In this document: positions 49,196 through 57,894 of the stretch, in pieces
How positions within the stretch are numbered: the first letter of the stretch is position 1
How the letters are laid out: every line of letters begins with the position of its first letter
Notes under the pieces: model-generated
Database searches by the model: none
Told to the model about the DNA's origin: nothing
Seen by the model: only the letters and a program-made list of their open reading frames with translations
DNA from: Burkholderiales bacterium
GTDB lineage: Bacteria; Pseudomonadota; Gammaproteobacteria; Burkholderiales; SG8-41
Length of the DNA stretch: 63,252 nt
Direction: 5' to 3'
Assembly: GCA_050250695.1 (NCBI GenBank)
Contig: JBFWOE010000005.1
Coordinates: forward strand, 1-63,252
Made by a program: the position numbers and the translations under genes

Positions 49196-49394
49196 CGTCT
49201 TTCCACGCCGCGACCTCGCCGATGAATGTCAGGGCTTCGGTTTCAGCCGGGTCGCCGCGCAGCAGCGCGGACTGGCGGCGGCATTCCGCGGCGAACACCG
49301 GCGAGCGCGTGTCGGGCACCCAGAGCTGCACCAGCCGCAAGCCTGCGGCGCGCTGCCGCACGCGGTAATTTTTCATGCGTTCGTTGACTTCCAT
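49182..49394 (-). CDS. antitoxin, MazE-like (DUF3018)
   Basis: RQRAAGLRLVQLWVPDTRSP.F..ECRRQS; overlaps the toxin start. Confidence 0.88.
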   Translation of the reverse strand: MEVNERMKNYRVRQRAAGLRLVQLWVPDTRSPVFAAECRRQSALLRGDPAETEALTFIGEVAAWKDDASR

Positions 49395-49403
49395 GGCGCC
49401 TCC

Positions 49404-49425
49404 GTAACATGTTACATGGCCATGT
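49404..49425. promoter_or_regulatory. palindromic operator upstream of the MazEF-like operon
   Basis: GTAACATGTTAC (49404-49415) overlapping ACATGGCCATGT (49414-49425). Confidence 0.55.
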
Positions 49426-49592
49426 TATGGCAGCGCGGTGGCGGAAGCAAGCGGAGATCTGATGACACCCAAAAATGTTTATAATTATTTGTTTTTATTC
49501 ATATTATTGTTTAAATAGTGAGTGTACACTACAGTGCCGCGGCCGATGTGGCTAGGTCTTGGTTGATCGCTCCAATCACGCTGATCGCCATC

Positions 49593-49610
49593 AATAGTAC
49601 TATTTATAAT
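49593..49610 (+). promoter_or_regulatory. palindrome next to a -10 box upstream of the Phd/RelE-like operon
   Basis: AATAGTACTATT immediately followed by TATAAT. Confidence 0.55.
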
Positions 49611-49672
49611 GTTGTTTTAAATGCGTTAAGCAGTATCATGAACAGGCAGATCACGGATACCAAGGAATCGAC

Positions 49673-49933
49673 ATGAACTCCATTTCAGCCAACGACCTGA
49701 AAACCAAGGGCGTCAGCGCCATCGAACGTGCGCTGGAGGATCAGCCCGAGGCATCACTGACCGTGCGCGGCCAGGCCAAATACGTGGTGATGAGCCGCGA
49801 GCAGTACGCGCACTTGCGCGAGTGCGAACTGGAAGCCGCGCTGGCCGAATCGAAGGCGGATCTGGATGCCGGCCGCTTCGTGAAGGAATCGGTCGAGCAG
49901 CACATCAAACGCCTGGCCAGCGTGGTTGCCTGA
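49673..49933 (+). CDS. type II antitoxin, Phd/YefM family
   Basis: ISANDLKTKG..TVRG..KYVVM. Confidence 0.85.
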   Translation: MNSISANDLKTKGVSAIERALEDQPEASLTVRGQAKYVVMSREQYAHLRECELEAALAESKADLDAGRFVKESVEQHIKRLASVVA

Positions 49934-50209
49934 ATGGCGTGGCAGCTCGTATTCACCGAGCAGTACAACCGCCGCGCCGCGCGGTTCCTCAAGCGTCATC
50001 CTGACGCTGCCACGCAATACACCAAGACCCTCAAGCTGCTGGAAGCCAATCCGCATCACCCGTCATTGCGGTTGCATGCGCTGAAAGGCAGGCTGTCCGG
50101 GCTGCACAGCGTTTCCATCAACCTCAGTTACCGTATCACCTTGGTGATGGTCGTCACCGAATCCGAAATCGTGCCGATCCATGTCGGCAGCCATGATGAA
50201 GTGTATTGA
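49934..50209 (+). CDS. type II toxin, RelE/ParE (YafQ-like) superfamily
   Basis: HPSLRLHALKG.L..HSVSINLSYRI..VGSHDEVY. Confidence 0.88.
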   Translation: MAWQLVFTEQYNRRAARFLKRHPDAATQYTKTLKLLEANPHHPSLRLHALKGRLSGLHSVSINLSYRITLVMVVTESEIVPIHVGSHDEVY

Positions 50210-50242
50210 TGCTGTTGCAGGATTACTGCAACCCTGATTGTT

Positions 50243-50405
50243 TCAGCCCGGCACGCCGTATTCTTTCCGGCAGACCTCCGCCAGCGTCGCCACGCCTTGG
50301 TTGATTTCCTCGTGGCTGAGGTTGGCGAAGCACAGCTGCAGGCGGACGAGCCGATATGAATGACGTCGCCGCGTTTGCTGATCGCGTGCGGGTGTTCGCC
50401 AGGTT
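50243..50405 (-). pseudogene. deleted remnant of a PLP-dependent aminotransferase, paralogous to 52804-54018
   Basis: 50347-50243 translates VRLQLCFANLSHEEINQGVATLAEVCRKEYGVPG* (intact gene: RLRLCFANLSHEEISQGVATLAEVCRKEYGVSG*); abuts HAISKRGDVIHIGS (intact: HAMSDRSDVIYIGS). Confidence 0.85.
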
Positions 50406-50589
50406 TCATTGCGTCTCTAAAATAATGCTGACCCCGACCCTTGGCGTTCACCTGCGGTTTCGGCGCTAGACGTAACTGATTGATTGTACAAGTTGATTCG
50501 TGGGGGAACCTCAGTGCATGGTCCTTTCAATTCAGTTTTTTGTGGCTGACCCTGGCGAGTATCGCGATGCCGGTGCCCTGTCCGCCGAT

Positions 50590-51063
50590 CTAATCGGCAT
50601 GTTCCGCCGAGGTGTCTGCTGCCAGCTTTAAGCGAAATTCACGCAGTCCCTGCACGGCGGACTGCAATTGTGCGGCATTCAATCCTGTGGCAAGTCGTGC
50701 CGCCTCCATTTCGATGCGTTGATCCAGCCGGGTGAGGGCAGTGCGACCCTTGCGCGTGAGCTGCATCAACATGGATTTAGCATGCGCCGGATTTTCGATG
50801 AATTCGATCATGCCTTCCGCTGCCATCTGATCGGCCAGCTTCTGCATATGCTGACGTGATACGGGCCGTGCCCGCGCAGCTTGAGGCACCGTTTGGGGGC
50901 CTTCGTGCCCAAGACTGCGCAGCAGACCCCAGTTGCCCGCACCAGCGGCAGTGACTGCCCCGATTCGCTTGCCCGCAGCGCGCAACAGATGAAATGTCTT
51001 GATGGTTTCCGACATCAGCGCCAGTACCAGCTGCACGCTGTCGTCCCCGGATTTTCCGGCCAT
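50590..51063 (-). CDS. MarR family transcriptional regulator
   Basis: GPQTVPQAARARPVSRQHMQ...NPAHAKS..LT..G winged helix. Confidence 0.88.
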   Translation of the reverse strand: MAGKSGDDSVQLVLALMSETIKTFHLLRAAGKRIGAVTAAGAGNWGLLRSLGHEGPQTVPQAARARPVSRQHMQKLADQMAAEGMIEFIENPAHAKSMLMQLTRKGRTALTRLDQRIEMEAARLATGLNAAQLQSAVQGLREFRLKLAADTSAEHAD

Positions 51064-51120
51064 TGCATCCCTTTCGTTTCAGTGGTTTTCCCGGGCCCGC
51101 CCCGGAACTATTGTGGCACT

Positions 51121-51171
51121 TGACAACTTTGTTGTCATTAACAATAATCCTGTTTGACAACTTGGTTGTCA
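51121..51171. promoter_or_regulatory. two TGACAAC-N3-GTTGTCA palindromes (probable MarR operators)
   Basis: Perfect arms at 51121-51137 and 51155-51171, each overlapping a TTGACA. Confidence 0.8.
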
Positions 51172-51206
51172 TATTGATCTGCACCATCATTGTGGAGAGA
51201 CAAGCC

Positions 51207-51656
51207 ATGCACGCATCAATCAAGAAATCGCTGTCGGCAGCGCTGATCTCATGCGCGGCCCTGATTCTCAAAGCAGCCCCGCTGCAGGCTGCAAGCGTTC
51301 CTGGATTCGCCCTGGACCAGGTGGCCGCCGAACTCAGTCTGTCCGCGGAACAGCGCGAAAGGGTGGAGCATTTTCTGACGCGATGGATGCAGCAGCGAAG
51401 ACACTCAACCCATTCTGGCCTGCGCGAAGAATTCATGCACCAATTCACCAGCGAGCGCTTGGACATCGAAGCGCTGGAGCAGAAAACCCGGGAGAGCCTG
51501 CGCGAATGGGAGGCGGCCCTGCCAGCGTTGCTTGCTGAACTTGCCGTACTTCATCAAGCGCTTACTGCCGGGCAGCGGGCGCAGCTCGCGCAGTGGATGA
51601 AAGAGCGGGGCGGGCAACAACGGCGGCGCGCTGGCTATTGGCGCGGTGAGCGATGA
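51207..51656 (+). CDS. Spy/CpxP-like periplasmic protein
   Basis: Signal peptide; LSLSAEQ and LTAGQRAQL (LTXXQ-like). Confidence 0.7.
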   Translation: MHASIKKSLSAALISCAALILKAAPLQAASVPGFALDQVAAELSLSAEQRERVEHFLTRWMQQRRHSTHSGLREEFMHQFTSERLDIEALEQKTRESLREWEAALPALLAELAVLHQALTAGQRAQLAQWMKERGGQQRRRAGYWRGER

Positions 51657-52267
51657 GCTACGTGGTGTCCCAGTTCGGCAATCCGCGCGGCCTCATGGGC
51701 TGGCTGGTCGGATGGGCCATGGCCCACAAGAACCGCGAGCGCAATGTCTGGACGTTGCAAGCGCTGGATGTCGGCCCTGCAGATCATGTGCTGGAAATCG
51801 GGTGCGGGCCGGGTGTGGCGCTGGCAGCGGTGGCAGAAACTGTGAAGTCGGGATACGCAGTGGGCATCGACCGCTCGGTCCTGATGGTGCGTCAGGCCAG
51901 TCGCCGTAACCAGTCAGCCATCCATGCCGGCAGGGCGCACATCATGTCGAGCAACAGCGAGCACTTGCCATTCCCTGCTGGCTATTTTGATAAGGCGTTT
52001 GCCAGCAATGTATCCATGTTCTGGAGTGATCCGCAGCAGCATCTTGCCGAAATCAGACGCGTATTGAAGCCCGGAGGATTGCTGGTGCTGAGCCTGCAGC
52101 CGCGCTGGGCGAAGAGGGAATCCGAAGTCCAGGCCATCGGCCATGCGCTGAAGAACGAAGTTAAACGCGCCGGGTTCGGCGATCTGCATCTCGATTTCCA
52201 TTCGATGGCACCGGTGACAGCGCTGCGCGTACGTGGTCGCAAGGCGTTGTCCGGCAACGGTGTGTGA
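51653..52267 (+). CDS. class I SAM-dependent methyltransferase
   Basis: VLEIGCGPG, GIDRS, LPF...FD, RVLKPGG. Confidence 0.92.
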   Translation: MSYVVSQFGNPRGLMGWLVGWAMAHKNRERNVWTLQALDVGPADHVLEIGCGPGVALAAVAETVKSGYAVGIDRSVLMVRQASRRNQSAIHAGRAHIMSSNSEHLPFPAGYFDKAFASNVSMFWSDPQQHLAEIRRVLKPGGLLVLSLQPRWAKRESEVQAIGHALKNEVKRAGFGDLHLDFHSMAPVTALRVRGRKALSGNGV

Positions 52268-52310
52268 TCAGTGTCAGTCACTTAATCTACTTAAAGCAAA
52301 GGAGATCGGG

Positions 52311-52772
52311 ATGTCTAACCTCACGAAAGCAAGAACCGGGGCCGTGCTGTTCATGCTCTGGGGGCTGCTGCATGTCGTTGGCGGTGCCGTAATTCTCGCG
52401 GCACTGACGGATGGCGCCGAAAGTGCCTATGCCTTGTATCAGAACGGTATCGGGGTTTATCCGGCAATCGCCGGTTTCGTGCTGGGATACTTGGCCTACT
52501 GCCTGATCTGCATGGGCATAGTGGTAGCAGCCGTCGGGGCGATGGCGAACTGGCGAAATTCCGCGAACGGACTGGCCCTCAATACGATCATAGTCGGGTT
52601 GACGGAAATCGGACTCGTCGGATTTCTGATTGTCCCGGGATATGTGTCCTGGACAGAGGCGGTGCCTGGTATGCTGCTGTTCATGGCTGCCGTAACATTG
52701 GGCGGCATTGCCTGCAGGAACTGTCATCCTGTCGCTTACAGTGGCGACGACTTGCGGGCAAGTCCTGACTGA
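52311..52772 (+). CDS. hypothetical membrane protein (about 4 TM)
   Basis: Hydrophobic segments; WGLLH; AAGGAG RBS. Confidence 0.7.
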   Translation: MSNLTKARTGAVLFMLWGLLHVVGGAVILAALTDGAESAYALYQNGIGVYPAIAGFVLGYLAYCLICMGIVVAAVGAMANWRNSANGLALNTIIVGLTEIGLVGFLIVPGYVSWTEAVPGMLLFMAAVTLGGIACRNCHPVAYSGDDLRASPD

Positions 52773-52803
52773 AATGCCCGGCAAGAAACCCCGGTAGCTG
52801 CTT

Positions 52804-54018
52804 TCAACCCGACACGCCGTATTCTTTCCGGCAGACCTCCGCCAGCGTCGCTACGCCCTGGCTGATTTCCTCGTGGCTCAGGTTGGCGAAACACAGCCGC
52901 AGGCGGCTGTGGGCGTGGGCCTTGTTCACCGACCACTCGGGCCCCGGATTGATCGCCACGCCCGCGGCCTGCGCCAGCGGAAAAAGTTTCAGCGCATCCA
53001 CGCCGTCCGGCAGCTTCACCCACAAAAAAATGCCGCCCTGCGGTTCGTCGAATTGCGCCGCCGCGCCGAAATGTTCGCGCAGTGCTTCCATCAGCGTCAC
53101 CAGCTTCGCGCGCAGGCTCTTCCTCAGTTGCGGCACGTGTTTCGTGAAATTCGCCGTGCAGTACTCCGCCAGCACCATCTGTTCCAGCGCGCCGGAACCG
53201 GCATCGGTCTTCAGCGCCAGCATGCGCGACATGATGGCCCACGGCGCGACGATGTAGCCCACGCGCAGCGCGGGCGCAACGGTTTTGGAGAACGAGCCGA
53301 TGTAGATGACGTCGCTGCGATCACTCATCGCGTGGAGCGCGGGCGGGCGTTCGCCCGACCAGATCAGGTCGGCATAACAGTCGTCCTCGAATACCGGCAC
53401 GCCGTAGTCGGCCGCGAGTTTGAGCAGGGCCCTGCGCCGTTCCAGCGGCAGGATGGTCGCCGTCGGGTTTTGCACCGTGGGGATGGTGTAGATGTACTTG
53501 GAACGAACGCCTTTCTTCCTTAAATCGGCCAGCGCGTTTTCCAGCGCGTCGATGCGCAGGCCCTCGCGGTCGAGCGGTATGCCCACGGGTGTGACGCCCA
53601 GCCGCAGCAGGCGGTTGATCGAGCCCTGGTAACAATCCTCTTCGATCAGCACGGTGTCGCCGCGCGTGAGCAGGGTGTGGTTGACGAGATCCAGCGCCTG
53701 CAGCGAGCCCGAAGTGAGCAGGATGTCGTCGGCACTGCAATTGATGCCGGCGTCGCGCTTCAGTTTGCCGACCAGAAAATCACGCAGCGCGCGGTAACCC
53801 TGCGGTCCGCTGTTCAAGCCATAGGTTGACAGCGTGCGCCCTTCGCGCCGCAGCACCGCATCGGCCGCCGCGACCAGGCCCTCGAGCGGCAGCGCGTCCG
53901 GATCATTGTTGCCGCCGGTGAAATCGTATTTGCCGCGGCCGGTCCAGCGGGTCGCTGCGGGCGGCAGGCCCGCGGGCAGGAGTGGAGTGAAATCAAAGGG
54001 GACGGTGGTCATGGGCAT
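52804..54018 (-). CDS. PLP-dependent aminotransferase class I/II (2-aminoadipate transaminase-like)
   Basis: YTIPTVQNPT, EDDCY, GSFSKTVAPALRVG. Confidence 0.93.
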   Translation of the reverse strand: MPMTTVPFDFTPLLPAGLPPAATRWTGRGKYDFTGGNNDPDALPLEGLVAAADAVLRREGRTLSTYGLNSGPQGYRALRDFLVGKLKRDAGINCSADDILLTSGSLQALDLVNHTLLTRGDTVLIEEDCYQGSINRLLRLGVTPVGIPLDREGLRIDALENALADLRKKGVRSKYIYTIPTVQNPTATILPLERRRALLKLAADYGVPVFEDDCYADLIWSGERPPALHAMSDRSDVIYIGSFSKTVAPALRVGYIVAPWAIMSRMLALKTDAGSGALEQMVLAEYCTANFTKHVPQLRKSLRAKLVTLMEALREHFGAAAQFDEPQGGIFLWVKLPDGVDALKLFPLAQAAGVAINPGPEWSVNKAHAHSRLRLCFANLSHEEISQGVATLAEVCRKEYGVSG

Positions 54019-54247
54019 CCTGCTGCGGGATTGTTGTTATCGGGATGGAAGCACTGAGGTGTCTGCCCCATTCAATTGCTTTCGGGAGTCAAGGCGGTGT
54101 TCCTGATCGCGCAGGAAAAACACGCCTCCCGATGGTCAGCCGGGGTATGGGGCATCGGTAGCACCGCAGGATAGCAGCTATAATCGTCGCAAACCATTAA
54201 GCAAGCCGCCGCGGGTCGAACATCCGGCGCGGTCGTGAGGAGACAGC

Positions 54248-55006
54248 GTGGGCGAATTGAGTCCGGCCGCCGCCGCCCTGGTCGGTGTAGTCGTGTTTTT
54301 TGCATTTTTTGTGCGCGGTGTTTCCGGTTTCGGGTCGGCCACGATCGCGATCCCTCTGATGGCGCATGTGGTGCCGCTCAAGCTCGCCGTGCCGCTGCTG
54401 CTCGTGCTCGATTTTCTGGCGACGCTTGCCACGATCCGCATCGATCGCCAGCACGTCAACAAGACCGAGGTCAAACGCCTGATTCCCTGGGCGATGATTG
54501 GCGTCATCACCGGGGCGCTGCTGCTGGTGCGGTTGCCGCCCGAAATTCTGCTCACCGGACTGGGCGTGCTGGTGGTGATCTTCGGCATCCGCACGCTGCT
54601 CAAGCCCGTTGGCGACAAACCGGTATCGACCTGGTGGTCCGTGCCGGCAGGCTTTACGGGGGGATTCTTCGGTGGCATGTTCGGTAGCGGCGCGGCCACG
54701 CCCTACATGATCTACCTGACCCGCCGCCTGGGTGACAAGCGCAACGTCCGCGCGACGTTCTCGGGCTTCGCCTTCTTCGATTACGGTTTCCGGCTGATCA
54801 CCTTCCTGTTCACCGGCCTGCTGCTGCAGTGGGCATTGGGAATCGTGCTCGCCATCAGCGTGCCCGCCATGGCCGCCGGCCTGTACCTCGGCAACCGCAT
54901 CCATCACCGCATTTCCAACGAACGGGCCTTGCAGGTGATCGGCGTGATGCTCGTGCTGAGCGGACTGTCGCTGGTGATCAAGGTGTTGTGGACGGGGCTG
55001 CGGTAG
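54248..55006 (+). CDS. TauE/SafE (TSUP) family exporter
   Basis: VRGVSGFG, GFFGGMFG; about 8 TM segments. Confidence 0.88.
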   Translation: MGELSPAAAALVGVVVFFAFFVRGVSGFGSATIAIPLMAHVVPLKLAVPLLLVLDFLATLATIRIDRQHVNKTEVKRLIPWAMIGVITGALLLVRLPPEILLTGLGVLVVIFGIRTLLKPVGDKPVSTWWSVPAGFTGGFFGGMFGSGAATPYMIYLTRRLGDKRNVRATFSGFAFFDYGFRLITFLFTGLLLQWALGIVLAISVPAMAAGLYLGNRIHHRISNERALQVIGVMLVLSGLSLVIKVLWTGLR

Positions 55007-55027
55007 TCCTTCAGGGAGTGCAAGGCT

Positions 55028-55777
55028 ATGAAGCTGTGCGTGGCAATGCTCAATATGGAACAGGACCACAAGCGCTGGGAACAGCGGCGCGAACTGATCA
55101 TCAGCGAACTGGTCGCGATCGACCCGGACCTGTTCGCGATGAACGAGGTGTGCATTCCGCTGCAGACCGCGCGCTGGATCCAGCAGGTCATGCGCGAGCG
55201 CCACGGGCGTGAATACGCGCTGGTGCAGCAGACGCGGGTGAACGGCCTCTCGGCGGTGGAAGGCGAGGCGCTGCTCACCCGGCTGCCAGTCGTCGAGACC
55301 GGTAACCTCGACTACCGTACCCGCGACATGGTGGCGCTGGTGGCCCGCGTGCGGGCCGGCGGCAAGACAGTCGACGTTTACGTCACCCACCAGTACATGT
55401 CCCGCGGCGACGACTCGCTGCGGCTGTTCCAGGCCCAGCAACTGCTTGCCTGGATCGAGTCGCGCTCCGAGGCCGACGCCCGCATCGTCTGCGGCGATTT
55501 CAACGCCACGCTGCAGGCGCCCTCGGCGGCCCTGATCGCCTCGAAACTGCGGCCGACCCAGACCGCCAACACCGCGTTCACTCCGCTTGCAAGTGCCGAC
55601 GGCAAGGTTTCGCATCCCTACTGGCCGCGCATGGACCGCTGCATCGACTACATCTGGATAGACGACGCGCTGTCGGTAGCCGACAGCCGCGTGTGCTTCG
55701 ACCGGGGCGACCCCGCGGACCCCGCGCTCTATCCGTCCGATCACGCCGGCGTGCGCGCCGATCTGCTGCTGAAGTGA
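55028..55777 (+). CDS. endonuclease/exonuclease/phosphatase family protein
   Basis: NEV, TH, CGDFNA, IDYIW, SDH. Confidence 0.9.
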   Translation: MKLCVAMLNMEQDHKRWEQRRELIISELVAIDPDLFAMNEVCIPLQTARWIQQVMRERHGREYALVQQTRVNGLSAVEGEALLTRLPVVETGNLDYRTRDMVALVARVRAGGKTVDVYVTHQYMSRGDDSLRLFQAQQLLAWIESRSEADARIVCGDFNATLQAPSAALIASKLRPTQTANTAFTPLASADGKVSHPYWPRMDRCIDYIWIDDALSVADSRVCFDRGDPADPALYPSDHAGVRADLLLK

Positions 55778-55830
55778 CGGCAATGCCGGCATCCCGCTGT
55801 GGGATAGACGCTTCAAGTTGTCTGAAAATC

Positions 55831-57155
55831 ATCTGGCTGGCCTCCCACTGCCTGGGTAGGCAGTGGGGTTAGAGTGAGTTTGCGAACTTTCTTTAACCAC
55901 AGGAGGCCGAGATGAAATATAGCGCAATTGATCTGCACTCGAACAACAGCGTGTTGGTGGTGACGGACGAGGCGGATCGGGTGTTGATCGAGCGGCGGCT
56001 GCCCAATGAGTTGCCGTGCATCTGGCCAACACGGGGGCGATCAAGACCTACGACGGGCTCAAGCACGGGGATGACCGCAGCGATGCGCGGCATCTGGCAC
56101 ACCTGCTGCGGCTGCAACTGGCGAGGAGCCGCACCATGCACATTCTGGCGGTGGAGAATCAGTTCACGCGGCAGACCGGGGGGCGCATGCACAGCAACGA
56201 GGTGAAGCGGCTGACCGCGCAGGCGGTGGCTGCGCTGGAGCTGCCTGCGGACGTGAGCCGCGGGATTGCGGCCAATGTGGCGGTGATCCAGACGCTGAAC
56301 GCCGAGATCGGCAAACTGGAGGCACGGCTGCTCGAAGCGGTGCGCGCAGACGATCAATGGGCGCTGCTCAAGAGTGTGCCCGGCATCGGCCAGGCGCTGG
56401 CGCTGGTGATCTTGCTGGAAACGGGCACGATCAGCCGCTTTCCTGGCGTGGGTGCCTTTGCTTCCTATGCGCGCTGCGTGGACAGTGTGCGGCTGAGCAA
56501 TGGCAGAAAGAAAGGCGCGGGCAACAGCAAGAACGGCAATAAATACCTGTCGTGGGCGTTTATCGAGGCGGCGCACTTTGCCGCGCGCTTCAGCCCGCAG
56601 GCGAAGCGCTTCTACGAGCGCAAGCGCGCGAAGACCAACGCGGCGGTGGCGGCCAAGGCGCTTGCGCACAAGCTCGCGCGCGCCTGCTACCACATCCTGA
56701 AGAGCGGGCAGCCCTTTGATGCCGGGCGCTGCTTTGCGTAACACGGTTCAAGGCCGGCGCTGCGCGAGCCCGAAATGGGGTCTGGCGCAAAGCCACATGT
56801 CTGGATGGACGCGCAGCACCTGCCGCCCTTGCAAGTTTCCGCATCGCCCGCGCGTCGAGCCCGCAGGGGGACTGGAGTCCGCCTTGGCGGACAGCCACAC
56901 CATCTGTACGCAACACACTTTGGACGAAGCGCGGTACCGACATTCTTCTGGGGTGGAGTAGCTCCACCAGGGCGGCTGCAGCCTCATCGCAGAACCGCTT
57001 GATCCTGATGGGTGACTGGCGCGATACGGATTCGCAGCCAATGGTATGGAAGTAACGGGCGCGACGGTGGAGCTTGAAGGCTGGAAGTGCGGCAAGTTCC
57101 AGATCGCATCAACAGCGAGAACTCTTATCGCTCAATTGACACCGGCCAGCTAATG
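55831..57155 (+). mobile_element. IS110-family insertion sequence, internally deleted; ends approximate
   Basis: Transposase remnant, about 410 nt 3' non-coding region, short GCTGGCC inverted match near both ends, TTGACA at 57136. Confidence 0.7.
55912..56741 (+). pseudogene. IS110 transposase with internal deletions and a frameshift
   Basis: N-terminus MKYSAIDLHSNNS; frame change near 56015 to HLAN..KHGDDRSDARHLAHLLRL; intact C-terminus SVPGIG, SNG..NKYLSWAFIEAA, ALAHKLARACY. The segment carrying the DEDD Glu appears to be missing. Confidence 0.85.
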
Positions 57156-57258
57156 GTTGACCCCATTAATCCATTGTCGCTGAATGCAGGGGCGGGTCAT
57201 TTTTTGCCCACAATAGTACACTAGGCCATTCGCGGTCCCGTTGAAATGGAAATCGCCC

Positions 57259-57867
57259 ATGAGCAATATTGAAGTCAAGCCGGTGAAACTGGTCAAACCC
57301 GGTGAAGCTCCGCCCGAGGTCGAGCAGATCTATGACGAAATCTGCAGGGTCAAGGATCCGCGCTGGCTCGGGCCGCTGTTCGGGTTTTTTGCGGTGGTGC
57401 CGCCGCTGCTCAAGGCCTGGTGGGAGCTGCAGAAGCAGCTCGAGCTGCTCAAGGGCCATGTGCCGCGCGAACTGATGAACCGGATTGCGATGGTCTGCGC
57501 GGTGGCGACCGACTGCCCGCGCTGCATCAATTTCCACAAATCCGATCTCATCGATCGCCTGCAGTTGAGCCCTGCCGAGATCGAAAAACTGCATGATTTC
57601 GAAAACTCGGACCTCCCCGAGGCCGAAAAGGCGGTATTCCGGGTGGCGCGCAAACTCACGCTGAACGAGGCCATGACCGATGCCGAGTTCAACGCGCTGC
57701 GCGCAGCCGGCCATGACGACGCCGCCATCGTCGAAATTGTCTCCGTGGCGCTGATGGAAGGTGGGTTTGCCCGCCACGCCAGCGTTTTTGCGCGATTCGA
57801 GGATGGCGTGAACTGGCCCGCCCAGCACACGCCGTCCCCCGAGTACCGCAAGGTCGTCAACCGTTAA
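57259..57867 (+). CDS. AhpD/CMD family protein with a CxxC motif
   Basis: IAMVCAVATDCPRCINFH. Confidence 0.85.
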   Translation: MSNIEVKPVKLVKPGEAPPEVEQIYDEICRVKDPRWLGPLFGFFAVVPPLLKAWWELQKQLELLKGHVPRELMNRIAMVCAVATDCPRCINFHKSDLIDRLQLSPAEIEKLHDFENSDLPEAEKAVFRVARKLTLNEAMTDAEFNALRAAGHDDAAIVEIVSVALMEGGFARHASVFARFEDGVNWPAQHTPSPEYRKVVNR

Positions 57868-57894
57868 TGCACTGCAGACAGGGGTGAAATCGCA

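Noticed and set aside
49931-49936. TGA immediately followed by an in-frame ATG between the antitoxin and toxin, as a possible Sec readthrough
   Set aside because: Both ORFs are complete members of a normal TA pair, there is no Cys motif context, and the downstream hairpin loop (TATTCAC) has no G.
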